Shown: piece after piece, positions 9,677 through 19,176 of the stretch | How the letters are laid out: each line of letters begins with the position of its first letter | Position numbering within the stretch: position 1 is the stretch's first letter | Source: Deltaproteobacteria bacterium | GTDB lineage: Bacteria; Myxococcota_A; UBA796; UBA9615 | Assembly: GCA_002724675.1 (NCBI GenBank) | Contig: PBPL01000101.1 | Location: forward strand, 8 to 64,007 | Length of the DNA: 64,000 nucleotides | Reading direction: 5' to 3' | Made by a program: the position numbers and the translations under genes | The notes under the pieces: generated by a model | Databases searched by the model: none | What the model saw: the letters and a program-made list of their open reading frames with translations, nothing else | Told to the model about the DNA's origin: nothing

Positions 9677-10228
9677 TCAGTCCTCGCGCGGTCGATCCCC
9701 CGGGTAGATGTGTTCGTCTTCAACGACAGTCGGCTTCCAGGTGAGCAGGAAGTCCTTGTCGTAGACCATGCGTTGACGCTTGTAGTCCACGAGGTGCACG
9801 TCCGTCGTTAGCCGGATGGCATCGACCGGGCAGGCCTCCTCGCAGTAACCACAGAAAATGCACTTATCGATCTCAATGTCGAAGCGCACCGGATACTTCT
9901 CGATCTGAGGATCGGGGTGCTCGCCCGCCACAATGTGGATGCAGAAGGCTGGGCAAGCTGTGGCGCACATGTAGCAGGCCACACACTGGGGGTCTCCGCT
10001 GGGGCGCTGGGTCAAGATGTGCTTGCCCCGGTTCACCGGCGAGAAGTCGGGGCGCTGCTCTTCGGGGTAGTAGATGGTCACAGTGCCGCGCTTTGTCTCG
10101 GCTCCCTTGCCTCGGATCCACGCGAAGAACCACACTGCCCACTGCGCCATGTTGGAGAAGAATCGGCCGGCGGTGATCGCCAAGCCACTCAGGACGTACG
10201 GGATGTACATCCGCTCCACCCAAGTCAT
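9677..10228 (-). CDS. nuoI: NADH-quinone oxidoreductase subunit I (2x[4Fe-4S] ferredoxin)
   Basis: It has CxxCxxCxxxCP twice (CVACYMCATACP and CIFCGYCEEACP). The start is chosen at M100 (MTWVERMYIPYV…), which aligns with the E. coli NuoI N-terminus and has GGAGA just upstream. The frame stays open upstream to 10525, so a GTG at 10351 is an alternative start. Confidence 0.8.
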   Translation of the reverse strand: MTWVERMYIPYVLSGLAITAGRFFSNMAQWAVWFFAWIRGKGAETKRGTVTIYYPEEQRPDFSPVNRGKHILTQRPSGDPQCVACYMCATACPAFCIHIVAGEHPDPQIEKYPVRFDIEIDKCIFCGYCEEACPVDAIRLTTDVHLVDYKRQRMVYDKDFLLTWKPTVVEDEHIYPGDRPRED

Positions 10229-10362
10229 CTTCTCCGGGTTGTAGTACGTGACGATCTCGCCTTCGGTGAACTCCCCTGGATAGGCGGACTCCGGCAAGAC
10301 CGGTCCATCCACCAGGTTCCTAAAGCCAGGGTTGCGCCCAAAGTCAGTCACAGAGGCTCCCT

Positions 10363-11598
10363 TCAGCTGCCGACGACAGCCAGCACGATGGCCGTCAACA
10401 GAAGGTTGAGGATGGAGATGGGCAAGAGAATCTTCCAGCCCAGGCGCATGATCTGGTCGTAGCGAAACTTCGGCAGAGTCCAGCGGATCAAGACCAGGAA
10501 CCAACAGAAGAAGGCCAGCTTGCACAGGAACGACAGGACCCGCATCACCACGACCACGACATGGGGTACGGTCGCGCCAAAGACCAGATTGCCCGGCACG
10601 AGCTCAGGATGCTGGGTCCAGTACCAGACGTCTGTGACCGCGTGCACTCCAGGGACATGGTAGGCACCAAAAAAGAGCGACGTCACGATGCCCGCAATCA
10701 CCGCGATCTCGATGAACTCACTCATCATGAACAGCCCCATCTTCATGGCGCTGTACTCGGTGAAGTAGCCAGCGACGAGCTCCGACTCGGCCTCTGGCAT
10801 GTCGAACGGCACCCGCTTGTTCTCGGCCATCATCGCCACCAGGAAGATGACGAACATGTGGGGCTGTACAAAGACACCCCAGGTCGGAATGAAGCCGAAC
10901 CAAACGTCGCCTTGCATCTGCGCGATGAGGCCCATGTCCACGGTGCCGTAAATCACGAGCAGGCCCAAGATGGCCATCCCCATGAAGACCTCGTACGAGA
11001 TCATCTGGGAGCTGGATCGAAGCGCTCCCATAAGGGCGTACTTGTTGTTGGACGACCAGCCAGCCAGAGCCGCCGAGAAGACTCCCGTACCGCCCATGGC
11101 AAACACGAACAACAGACCCACATTCAGATCGGCCAGCTGCAATTGAAATGTCGTGTCACCGAAGAAGTCGTGTGCCGTAGCAGCGAGCCCATCGGCGCCC
11201 ACGAAGAGCAGGACCTCTTCCAGCATCACGCCAGGAATAAAGGGGCCTCCAAACGGAACAACAGCGAAGGTAACCAGTACCGGGATCACGGCAAACCACG
11301 GCGCCAGGTTGAAGACGAAGCGGTCGACAAAGGGCGGCGTGAAGTCTTCCTTGGTCAGCATCTTGATCGCGTCAGCGATGCCGTGAAACAGCCCAATCAG
11401 TGTGAAGCGCTTGTACCAGCGGATCCCATCCTTGCCCGGGATCGGTATGGGGATGTAGGCCCGGTTGGCGCCGATGCGGTTGGCCATGACAGCCGCCTGC
11501 TTGCGCTCGACCCAGGTCAACAGACCCCCCAAGTTGAGCAGCAACCCGAGCACAAAGCCCAGGTTCAGCAACGCCACGACGACGAACGCGGGTTCCAT
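10363..11598 (-). CDS. nuoH: NADH-quinone oxidoreductase subunit H
   Basis: 411 aa of the NuoH/ND1 family (MEPAFVVVALLNLGF…WSSNNKYALMGALRSSSQMISYEV…). Confidence 0.9.
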   Translation of the reverse strand: MEPAFVVVALLNLGFVLGLLLNLGGLLTWVERKQAAVMANRIGANRAYIPIPIPGKDGIRWYKRFTLIGLFHGIADAIKMLTKEDFTPPFVDRFVFNLAPWFAVIPVLVTFAVVPFGGPFIPGVMLEEVLLFVGADGLAATAHDFFGDTTFQLQLADLNVGLLFVFAMGGTGVFSAALAGWSSNNKYALMGALRSSSQMISYEVFMGMAILGLLVIYGTVDMGLIAQMQGDVWFGFIPTWGVFVQPHMFVIFLVAMMAENKRVPFDMPEAESELVAGYFTEYSAMKMGLFMMSEFIEIAVIAGIVTSLFFGAYHVPGVHAVTDVWYWTQHPELVPGNLVFGATVPHVVVVVMRVLSFLCKLAFFCWFLVLIRWTLPKFRYDQIMRLGWKILLPISILNLLLTAIVLAVVGS

Positions 11599-11606
11599 GA
11601 CGTCTC

Positions 11607-13328
11607 TCAGGTCTCCAACACCCCGCCGAGGTGGCGGAATCCGGTCTGATTGCCTGGGAACTCAAAGCGGCCATCCAAGAACTCCCGGGCCTGCAGCTCG
11701 GGATCCTGCTTCAGCTTCTTGCGGGCCTCGCGGAGATTCTTCGCGGGCGACTTCAGTCCACCCGCATCGGCTATGGCCAGCAGGAGCTCAAAGCCGTCCC
11801 ACGCCCCCTTGGGTGGCCGCAGAGCCTTCTTGAACCGACTGTGGAATCCATCCACGTTGGTCCAAGTACCGTCCCGCTCCGCCCAGTTCCGCAGGGGAAT
11901 CACAGCGTGAGCGAGCGGAGTCACCGCGTCCACAGCATCCGTCAGCTGAATTACGCGGGCAACCTTCGCGAGGGCCTCAGCCACAGCATCGTCGCCGCCC
12001 CAGTCGTGGGCGAGCCCTGGACCCCACACAATCAACGTATCGATCTCGCCCGCCTGTGCTGCGGCGAGAATCCCAGCGAGGTCCTTGCCATCCTTCTTGC
12101 CGGGCGCGATGCCCGATGCTGAGGCGCCGAGACGATTGGGGTTGTGGTCGTCTGTGTGGAGCACGTCGTCGGCAGGATAGCCATCGACCCGGTCGGTCTT
12201 GACGGCCAGGTGCTGTCCCTTGACCCCCTTCCCTACCAGATGGCCCAGCAACCACGCCTCCTCGTTACTCATCCAACTCGAACCAATGACGGCCAGGCGT
12301 TCCCGACCCTCTTTCTTGTGGGCTGCCAAGCCCTCACCAATCCACGCGATGACATCCTCTGCAGAGGCCTGGTCCTTGCCGGCCAAGCTGGCTGCTGCCG
12401 GTCGCTCCGTAGCCGCCAACTCCTTGTAGAGGTCCCGGCCCTCGTTGCAGATCCAGAAGTCGTTCACGCCCGGGCGCTCCCGCGGCATGATGCGGATGAT
12501 CTCTTCTCGGTCGTGGTCCACTACCGTGTTGCAGGTGCGAGAGCAGCCACCGCAGACCGACTCCGTGTGCTTCAGGAACCAAACTCGCTTCTTGAAGCGG
12601 AAGTCTGTCTTGGTCAGGGCACCCACCGGGCAGATGTCCGCAACGTTGTCCGTGTAGGCGTTGGCGAAGTCGCCACCTTCGACCACCTCGACGATCGCCC
12701 GGTCCCCCCGATTGACGATGCCGAGCTCGTGGGTCCCCGTCACATGCTCGGTAAAGCGAGTGCAACGAGAGCAAAGAATGCAGCGCTCACCGTTGTAGAG
12801 AATGCGATCTCCAAAGGGAACTAGGCGAGGCTTGTGCACCTTCTCGTCGCGGACCTCCGACCGCTGTCGGTCGTGAAGCATGTAGTAGTCCTGCAACATG
12901 CACTCACCGGCCTTGTCACAGATGGGGCAATCGACCGGATGATTGAGCAACAAGAACTCCATCACCGTTGCCCTAGACTTCAAGACCTCGGGGGTATCCG
13001 TGAACACTTGCATGTTGTCTTCCGCATCGACCCAGCAGGTCACCGCGGGACGACGCGCGGGCATGTGCTTCTCCGCACGAGGATTCCAGGTACGGACATC
13101 CGCAATGCACATGCGGCAGTTGCCATCGACGGGCAGGCCCGGGTGATAACAAAAATGGGGAATGACCTTGCCCGCTTGCTTGGCCGCCTCGATCACCTTC
13201 GTCCCCTTGGGCACGGTGACCTCGATCCCATCAATGCTCAGCGTCACCGTCTCGGGCACGGGAGCGGTGGGCTCGACCGCCACCTCGGGTTTCTCCGACG
13301 CGCTCTCGCTTGTTGCGTTGTCCGACAT
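11607..13328 (-). CDS. nuoG: NADH-quinone oxidoreductase subunit G (short form, ~574 aa)
   Basis: N-terminal 2Fe-2S / 4Fe-4S ferredoxin-like Cys motifs (HFCYHPGLPVDGNCRMC…CPICDKAGEC) followed by a molybdopterin-oxidoreductase-like domain. The start is chosen at M26 (MSDNATSES…), 20 nt after the nuoF stop. Confidence 0.85.
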   Translation of the reverse strand: MSDNATSESASEKPEVAVEPTAPVPETVTLSIDGIEVTVPKGTKVIEAAKQAGKVIPHFCYHPGLPVDGNCRMCIADVRTWNPRAEKHMPARRPAVTCWVDAEDNMQVFTDTPEVLKSRATVMEFLLLNHPVDCPICDKAGECMLQDYYMLHDRQRSEVRDEKVHKPRLVPFGDRILYNGERCILCSRCTRFTEHVTGTHELGIVNRGDRAIVEVVEGGDFANAYTDNVADICPVGALTKTDFRFKKRVWFLKHTESVCGGCSRTCNTVVDHDREEIIRIMPRERPGVNDFWICNEGRDLYKELAATERPAAASLAGKDQASAEDVIAWIGEGLAAHKKEGRERLAVIGSSWMSNEEAWLLGHLVGKGVKGQHLAVKTDRVDGYPADDVLHTDDHNPNRLGASASGIAPGKKDGKDLAGILAAAQAGEIDTLIVWGPGLAHDWGGDDAVAEALAKVARVIQLTDAVDAVTPLAHAVIPLRNWAERDGTWTNVDGFHSRFKKALRPPKGAWDGFELLLAIADAGGLKSPAKNLREARKKLKQDPELQAREFLDGRFEFPGNQTGFRHLGGVLET

Positions 13329-13347
13329 GGTCCTCTCGCTCGAACAG

Positions 13348-14736
13348 TCAGGGCACGAACACGTGCTCGGGGTCATCGTGGCGCTGCGGCACACCGCCTC
13401 CACGCAGATTCAGGGGGTCAGGAAACTGGTTGTCGTACGGGCAGCAACCCTTGTCGATGTGCTCTTCGAACTCGCTGCGGAACACATCAATGAACGACTT
13501 CGTGGGCCAGGCAGCAGCATCGGCCAGGGTGCAGATGGTACGAAGCTCCATTCCGTCGGCGATGCGGTACAGCTCGTCGATGTCGTTGGGGCTGGCGTGC
13601 CCGTGCTCGATGCGATGCACAATGCGCTCAATCCAACCGGTGCCTTCGCGACAGGGAGTGCACTGACCGCAGCTCTCGTGGTGATAGAAGCGCAGCAACA
13701 CCCAGAGTGCCCGAACCATACAGGTGCCTTCGCCGATGACGATGACGCCCCCGGACCCGAGCAGCGTTCCGTGTTCCTGGCAGCTCTCGTAGTCCATGGT
13801 GATCTGCATGGCCGTGTCGGCATCGACCACGGGAACAGAAGACCCACCCACAATGAGTGCCTTGAGTGCGATGCCATCGAGCATGCCTCCGCACTCCTTG
13901 TTCAAAAGATCAGCAAACGGGTAGCCCATGGGCACCTCGTAGACACCCGGACGCTTGACGGGACCGCTGACGCTGAACAGCTTCGTGCCCGCGCTCTTCT
14001 CGGTGCCCCACCTCCGGTACCCCGTGCGGTCCACGGTTGCTCCCGCTCCCTGATCCGCGATGTACACAACGGAAGCGATGCTCTCTACGTTGTTCACGAT
14101 GGTGGGATAGCCGTAGACGCCATACACCGCCGGGAAGGGCGGCTTGATGCGAGGCTGGCCCTTCTTGCCTTCCAAGCTCTCGATTAGACCGGTCTCTTCG
14201 CCACAGATATAGGCCCCAGCACCCGAGTGCACCGTAATGTCACAGTCGAAGCCACTTCCGTAGAGATTCTTACCCAGGTGACCAGCTGCGTAGGCCTCTT
14301 CCACAGCGGCATGCATTCGCTTCAGGCAGCCGACGTACTCACCGCGAATGTAGATGTAGCAATTGTTGCTGCCCATGGCGTAGCAAGACAGCACACAGCC
14401 CTCGATCAACTGGTGAGGATTCTCTTCCATCACCACTCGGTCCTTGAACGTTCCCGGCTCGGACTCGTCCGCATTGACCACGAGCGTGATTGGACCCTCC
14501 GGATCTCTTGGAAGGAAGCTCCACTTGAGCCCAGTGGGGAAGCCGGCACCGCCGCGACCACGCAGCCCCGACTGCTTCACCTCCTCCAGCAGCGCCTCCG
14601 GCGTGTACTTCCCGCCGAGGGCTTCCTTCGCCGTCACATAGCCATGGCGAGACTCATAGCTGGCGAGCGGCCAACTCTCGGTGTTGCGCTCGAAGTTGAG
14701 CAGCACCCGGGCGCCATCCACAATGGGGTAGGTCAT
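13348..14736 (-). CDS. nuoF: NADH-quinone oxidoreductase subunit F (NADH/FMN binding, 51 kDa)
   Basis: It has GRGGAGFPTGLKW and the C-terminal 4Fe-4S motif ESCGQCTPCREG. Confidence 0.92.
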   Translation of the reverse strand: MTYPIVDGARVLLNFERNTESWPLASYESRHGYVTAKEALGGKYTPEALLEEVKQSGLRGRGGAGFPTGLKWSFLPRDPEGPITLVVNADESEPGTFKDRVVMEENPHQLIEGCVLSCYAMGSNNCYIYIRGEYVGCLKRMHAAVEEAYAAGHLGKNLYGSGFDCDITVHSGAGAYICGEETGLIESLEGKKGQPRIKPPFPAVYGVYGYPTIVNNVESIASVVYIADQGAGATVDRTGYRRWGTEKSAGTKLFSVSGPVKRPGVYEVPMGYPFADLLNKECGGMLDGIALKALIVGGSSVPVVDADTAMQITMDYESCQEHGTLLGSGGVIVIGEGTCMVRALWVLLRFYHHESCGQCTPCREGTGWIERIVHRIEHGHASPNDIDELYRIADGMELRTICTLADAAAWPTKSFIDVFRSEFEEHIDKGCCPYDNQFPDPLNLRGGGVPQRHDDPEHVFVP

Positions 14737-15434
14737 TGCGCCATATCCCGTGGCTGGAACGGTGGTTGCGCCTCACCGTCACCCACTGTCGGTCGGTCCT
14801 CGTCTCTGCGGTGTACGCCATGGCCAGGTACCACGACCCCGCGGCCCGCCTGAAGGGCGGCCCCATCAGCGATCCGCCGACTGGGCCCGGAGCCGGGACC
14901 GTGGGGCAGATCTTCCGCCCTAGGCTCCTGGTCGGGGGTCGCCCTGAGCTGCTCGAGAAGCTCGTCGACGGCCTTCAGGCTGAGGTTCTCGTAGTAGTGG
15001 TCGTTGACCTGCATCATGGGCGCGGTGCCACAGGACCCGAGACACTCGGCGCCGATGAGCGTGAACTCGCCATCGGGGGTCGTCTCGCCTTTACGGATAC
15101 CCAGCTTCTGCTCCAGATGATCGATGACGATCTCGGCTCCCATGAGCGAGCAGCTGATGTTGTGACACACCTGCAGATGCCAACGACCCACGGGTTGGGT
15201 GTTGTACATCGTGTAGAACGTCGCGACTTCCTCCACCCACATGGGGGGCACCGGGATTTGTTCGGCCACGAAGTGCACTACGTCCGGCCCCACCCGGCCG
15301 AACTCACGCTGGGCCATGGACAACACCGGCAGAATCAGCGCGCGCTGATGATCCTTCGGATAGCGGGTCCTGAGCCACTCGACACGCTCGCGGGCCGCGG
15401 CACTGAACTCAAGATGGGAGGTGTCGACGCTCAT
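14733..15434 (-). CDS. nuoE: NADH-quinone oxidoreductase subunit E (24 kDa, 2Fe-2S)
   Basis: It has CHNISC…CLGSCGTAPMMQVND. It also carries a ~68-aa Gly/Arg/Pro-rich C-terminal tail that overlaps the nuoF start by 4 nt. Confidence 0.85.
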   Translation of the reverse strand: MSVDTSHLEFSAAARERVEWLRTRYPKDHQRALILPVLSMAQREFGRVGPDVVHFVAEQIPVPPMWVEEVATFYTMYNTQPVGRWHLQVCHNISCSLMGAEIVIDHLEQKLGIRKGETTPDGEFTLIGAECLGSCGTAPMMQVNDHYYENLSLKAVDELLEQLRATPDQEPRAEDLPHGPGSGPSRRIADGAALQAGRGVVVPGHGVHRRDEDRPTVGDGEAQPPFQPRDMAQ

Positions 15435-16732
15435 CGGTCACACTCTCCACCGATCATGTTGATCTGGCCGAACACCGGCACGATGTCGGCCACCTGACTG
15501 CCCAACAGCATCAAGTGGATGGCGCCCATGTTCACGAATGATGGCGGCCGGCAGCGAGCCTTGTAGGGAAGGCCCGTGCCATCGCTCACGAGATAGAAGC
15601 CAAGCTCCCCGTTCGCACCCTCGACCGCGTGGTACGCCTCACCCTTGGGCGGCCGCGGGCCCTCCATGATCAGCTTGAAGTGATTCATGAGGGCTTCAAT
15701 GTTGCTGTAGACCTCTTTCTTGTCGGGGAGGGTCATCCTCGCATCGTCTACGACAATGGGCTCCCCATTGGTCGCTCGGATCATCGGATCGAGCTGGCGA
15801 CAGATGCGGATGCTCTCTTCCATCTCCCGCATGCGCACGAAGTAACGATCGTAGTTGTCCCCGTACTTGCCGATGGGCACCTCGAACGAGACGTCCCCGT
15901 AGGCTGAATAGGGCGCGTACTTTCGAACGTCCAGGCCCACCCCAGTGGAGCGCAGCACGGGCCCTGTGACGCCGTAGGAGACCGCGTCTTCCCTGCTGAT
16001 GACCCCCACACCACGCATGCGGTCGATGAAGATCCGGTTGTGGTCGACGAGACCATGCACATCCCGAAGCTTCGGAATCAGCTCCTCCACATACAAGTGC
16101 TCACATCGATCGAGCCACTCATCGGTGACGTCTCGAGCCAGCCCCCCGACGCGGGCATAGGTCTGGGTCAATCGAGCCCCGCTCACATTGGCGATGTGTT
16201 CCCACAGCCAATCCCGGACCTCGATCATGTAGAGGAACGGAGTGAGGGCCCCGAGCTCCATCAGCGCTGCGCCGAGGCAGGTGAGGTGATCCGTGATTCG
16301 GGACACCTCCGACATGTAGGTGCGAATCAACTGCGTCCTTCGAGTCGCCTCAACCTCGAACAGCTTCTCCACCGTCTCCACCCAACCAAAGTTGTTGATG
16401 AGCGGACTGCAGTAGTTGAGCCGATCCGTATACGGAATCGCCTGATGGTAGGTGTGGTGTTCACACTCCTTCTCGAAGCCTCGGTGCAGATAGCCTGGGA
16501 TGACATCGACGCCCACAATCGTCTCGCCGTCGAGCTCCACCACCATGCGGATGGTCCCGTGCATTGCGGGATGGGACGGACCAATGTTGATCATCGTCCG
16601 GGCGCTGAGATCCGAGTCTTCTCCCTCGGGATAGATCCGACGAATGCACAGCCCCTCGCCCACTGTGACGAACTCCCCGCCCTGGGTGTACGGCAGAGTT
16701 GGCGACCCCTCTGTTGGCATGCCCGCGCTCAT
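15431..16732 (-). CDS. nuoD: NADH-quinone oxidoreductase subunit D (49 kDa)
   Basis: It has INIGPSHPAMHG… and the overall NuoD family pattern. There is an ATGA overlap with nuoC. It is a separate C and D pair, not a fused NuoCD. Confidence 0.9.
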   Translation of the reverse strand: MSAGMPTEGSPTLPYTQGGEFVTVGEGLCIRRIYPEGEDSDLSARTMINIGPSHPAMHGTIRMVVELDGETIVGVDVIPGYLHRGFEKECEHHTYHQAIPYTDRLNYCSPLINNFGWVETVEKLFEVEATRRTQLIRTYMSEVSRITDHLTCLGAALMELGALTPFLYMIEVRDWLWEHIANVSGARLTQTYARVGGLARDVTDEWLDRCEHLYVEELIPKLRDVHGLVDHNRIFIDRMRGVGVISREDAVSYGVTGPVLRSTGVGLDVRKYAPYSAYGDVSFEVPIGKYGDNYDRYFVRMREMEESIRICRQLDPMIRATNGEPIVVDDARMTLPDKKEVYSNIEALMNHFKLIMEGPRPPKGEAYHAVEGANGELGFYLVSDGTGLPYKARCRPPSFVNMGAIHLMLLGSQVADIVPVFGQINMIGGECDR

Positions 16733-17322
16733 TTGGGAGCGTCCAGATCTCGAGGGCCGGGGTGAACCACCTCGTCTGTCTCGCGGGTGCCCGGGTACCG
16801 TTCCTCGAACAGCGGATGTGCCTCAAGCTTGTCGTAGTCCTTGCGCAACGGGAATCCCTTGAACTCTGGATAAAGAAGGATTCGACGCAAGTCGGGGTGA
16901 CCATCGAACTCGATGCCGTACATGTCGTAGGTCTCTCGCTCCATCCAGTTGGCAGAACCATAGAGGGAGCACAGGGACGGCACCCTGGCCTCGTCCTCAT
17001 CCACTCGACACTTCACGCGCAGCCGGTGCTGGAAGCGGGTGCTGAAGAAGTGGTCCACGATCTCGAAGCGCGGCTCTTCGTCGATCCAGTCCACAGCCGT
17101 GCTGTCCATCAGCATGTCGAACTGCAGCTCAGAGTCCTCCATCAGCCACTGGCTGGCAGAGAGCCGATGGCTGGCTTCGATGACAATCGTGTCATCGCCC
17201 AGTCGGTCGTGGTGCGACAGAACCGCCTCACCCAAGCCGCTGATGACACGCGACAGAACCGCACTCATCGACGGCTCTGCAGCGGCGTCCTGGGGTGAAG
17301 CGGGGTGGGGTGCGTCAGTCAT
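16729..17322 (-). CDS. nuoC: NADH-quinone oxidoreductase subunit C (30 kDa)
   Basis: 197 aa. The sequence …RLRVKCRVDEDEARVPSLCSLYGSANWMERETYDMYGIEFDGHPDLRRIL is a typical NuoC. Confidence 0.9.
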   Translation of the reverse strand: MTDAPHPASPQDAAAEPSMSAVLSRVISGLGEAVLSHHDRLGDDTIVIEASHRLSASQWLMEDSELQFDMLMDSTAVDWIDEEPRFEIVDHFFSTRFQHRLRVKCRVDEDEARVPSLCSLYGSANWMERETYDMYGIEFDGHPDLRRILLYPEFKGFPLRKDYDKLEAHPLFEERYPGTRETDEVVHPGPRDLDAPK

Positions 17323-17368
17323 GATGGGAAGCGGAGGGTACCAGCGGTCAACGGGGAAAGGAGGGGGC

Positions 17369-17974
17369 CTAGAAGATGGGGTGTCGCTGGCCCTGGATCT
17401 TCTCTTGAAGCTTGATCAGGGCGTCGAGGATCGTCTCTGGACGGGGCGGACAACCAGGGATGTAGACATCAACGGGGATCACCTTGTCGCAGCCGGGCAC
17501 CGATGTGTAGTTCTGATAGAAGCCACCAGAGACAGCACAGGCGCCCACGGCAACGACCCACTTGGGCTCACACATCTGATCGTAGACCGTCTTCAGGACC
17601 GGGGCCTGCTTGTGCACGATGGTCCCCACCACCATGAGCATGTCGCTCTGGCGGGGCGAGAAGCGGGGCAGCGCCGCTCCGAAGCGATCCGTGTCGTAGT
17701 GATTGCCTGAGACGGCCATGAACTCCATGCCACAGCAGGCGGTCACAAATGGGTACTGAAACAGTGAGAACTTCCGTGCCCAACCCATCACAGCATCGAC
17801 ACGGGAGGTCCAGACCGTGTTGGCGAGTCCACTCTCCGCGAGGATCTCGCTACCCGGCGGCAGTGGAGCCACCGGAAGAGCCGCAGCCGAACCGGAGCCC
17901 TGACCAATCTGGACCGTAGCAGCCTCAGGCCCGGCGCCAGTCTCCGCAGGCGGGCCAGCTTCATCTACTGCCAT
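17369..17974 (-). CDS. nuoB: NADH-quinone oxidoreductase subunit B (20 kDa, N2 cluster)
   Basis: It has FVTACCGMEFMA…GACAVSGG…IPGCPPRP. The start is chosen at M75, which gives a ~60-aa N-terminal extension like the one in E. coli NuoB. It overlaps the nuoA 3' end by ~10 nt. Confidence 0.85.
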   Translation of the reverse strand: MAVDEAGPPAETGAGPEAATVQIGQGSGSAAALPVAPLPPGSEILAESGLANTVWTSRVDAVMGWARKFSLFQYPFVTACCGMEFMAVSGNHYDTDRFGAALPRFSPRQSDMLMVVGTIVHKQAPVLKTVYDQMCEPKWVVAVGACAVSGGFYQNYTSVPGCDKVIPVDVYIPGCPPRPETILDALIKLQEKIQGQRHPIF

Positions 17975-18336
17975 TCGAGAGCCCCCTTTCTCCACGCATA
18001 GATAAGCCCCACCACCAAAGAGATGAGGAACACCACGAGCTCCACCAGACCAAACAGGCCCAGCTCCCGATACAGCACAGCCCACGGGTAGAGCAGCACC
18101 GCCTCCAGGTCGAACATGACGAACAAGATGGCGACGAGGTAGTACTTGACGGAGATCCGCCTGCGATTGTCTCGCTGAAGCGCAGGAACCCCGCACTCAA
18201 AGGGCTCGAACTTGACCGCCGGGGTCAAGGCAGCCTTCGGCTTCGGCCCGAGCAGATGGTTCAGCCCGAGCATGACGGCCATGAAGCCGATGGCGCCCAT
18301 GAACGCAAACAGCACCGGAAGGTACTGGGCCGACAT
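17965..18336 (-). CDS. nuoA: NADH-quinone oxidoreductase subunit A
   Basis: The start is chosen at M30 (MSAQYLPVLFAFMGAIGF…). It has 3 TM helices and is the first gene of the operon. Confidence 0.85.
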   Translation of the reverse strand: MSAQYLPVLFAFMGAIGFMAVMLGLNHLLGPKPKAALTPAVKFEPFECGVPALQRDNRRRISVKYYLVAILFVMFDLEAVLLYPWAVLYRELGLFGLVELVVFLISLVVGLIYAWRKGALEWQ

Positions 18337-18576
18337 CAAGACTCCTGACTCCCAGCCGCGGGCTGTAGCCCATCCAGGCAAGCGGCAACGAGCGTCCTCT
18401 CCAGTTGCACCGAAAGTAGGCAACTAGAGTGGGGTCTCCGCAAACTGAAACCCCGCCTGAATCGCCTGTTGGGTTTACACGCGTGTGTGTGCCATTGCAA
18501 GACAACGGGGCCTTCCCAGCCCACCTTTGGTAGTCCTTCACCCGCCCTCGCAAGCAGCCATTGTACAATCGCGATC
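18337..18576. promoter_or_regulatory. Divergent intergenic region of ~240 bp between the nuoA start and the hypothetical/UbiB operon. It probably holds both promoters.
   Basis: It is the only sizeable non-coding stretch here. It contains AT-richer hexamers (ttgcaa, tacaat) near 18495 and 18563. No confident -35/-10 pairing was found. Confidence 0.3.
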
Positions 18577-19176
18577 ATGATCCCCGGCCCCCTCCAGTTC
18601 CAGCCACTACCCCAGGACGACCCGCTGCACCGCGCGCTCGCACAAATTGGTGAGCTCTATACAGCGACCAACTTCATGACCTGGTGGGATGCGCGAGCGT
18701 TCTCTGTGGATGGCAACTCTCAGGAGTGGGACCCGTTCGAGCGAAGCCACGCTTCGCTTCTCGCCAGCTTCTTGGAGGAGCATGTGCTGCCCACGTACAT
18801 CTCCGACGGTCCCGCTCGGTTCGACGAACACGTGGCTCGGGTAGGCAAGATCGGCTGGACCGATGTGCGCACTGGAATTCTCGAAGCTCTCAAGCACCAT
18901 CCAGTGTCAGGGGGAGCCCGACCGGGAACAGCGGCGGGCCAGTTTTCCCCGCACGCCTTCATGTTGTTGGAGGTGCTCGAAGACCAGGTGGCCGCCGCCC
19001 TCGGCCTGCCCAGCAGAGAAGAGCTGGATACGATCGAGCGAGAACATCTGCGTTGTGCGGTGTTGCGTCCACGAACAGGCTCCGTGTTCCGAGGCACCCT
19101 CTACCAATATCTGTTCCTGGTGTGGGCTCCGGCGAGCCGTCGGCTGCTTTGGTTCGACCTGGGAGGCAGTCAGTGA
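18577..19176 (+). CDS. Hypothetical protein (~200 aa), translationally coupled to the downstream ABC1 kinase
   Basis: The start is chosen at M37 (MIPGPLQFQ…). Its stop TGA overlaps the GTG start of the next gene as GTGA. No domain was recognised. Confidence 0.45.
   Translation: MIPGPLQFQPLPQDDPLHRALAQIGELYTATNFMTWWDARAFSVDGNSQEWDPFERSHASLLASFLEEHVLPTYISDGPARFDEHVARVGKIGWTDVRTGILEALKHHPVSGGARPGTAAGQFSPHAFMLLEVLEDQVAAALGLPSREELDTIEREHLRCAVLRPRTGSVFRGTLYQYLFLVWAPASRRLLWFDLGGSQ

Noticed and set aside
10229-10525. Extended N-terminus of nuoI back to 10525
   Set aside because: It would overlap nuoH by 160 nt. The conserved NuoI N-terminus aligns at M100. A GTG at 10351 remains possible.
3587-11649. 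Several long plus-strand ORFs (3587-4360, 5310-6491, 6689-7777, 7829-8752, 10561-11649) and alternative-frame minus ORFs (4756-5748, 7590-8942)
   Set aside because: All lie within the nuoN-nuoH coding regions. They are in antisense or shifted frames, with biased Arg/His/Gly composition. They are high-GC artefacts.
18469-18576. Extended N-terminus (M1 at 18469) for the hypothetical protein upstream of the UbiB kinase
   Set aside because: The first 36 codons are Cys/His-rich low-complexity sequence inside the likely promoter region. M37 gives a more plausible start.
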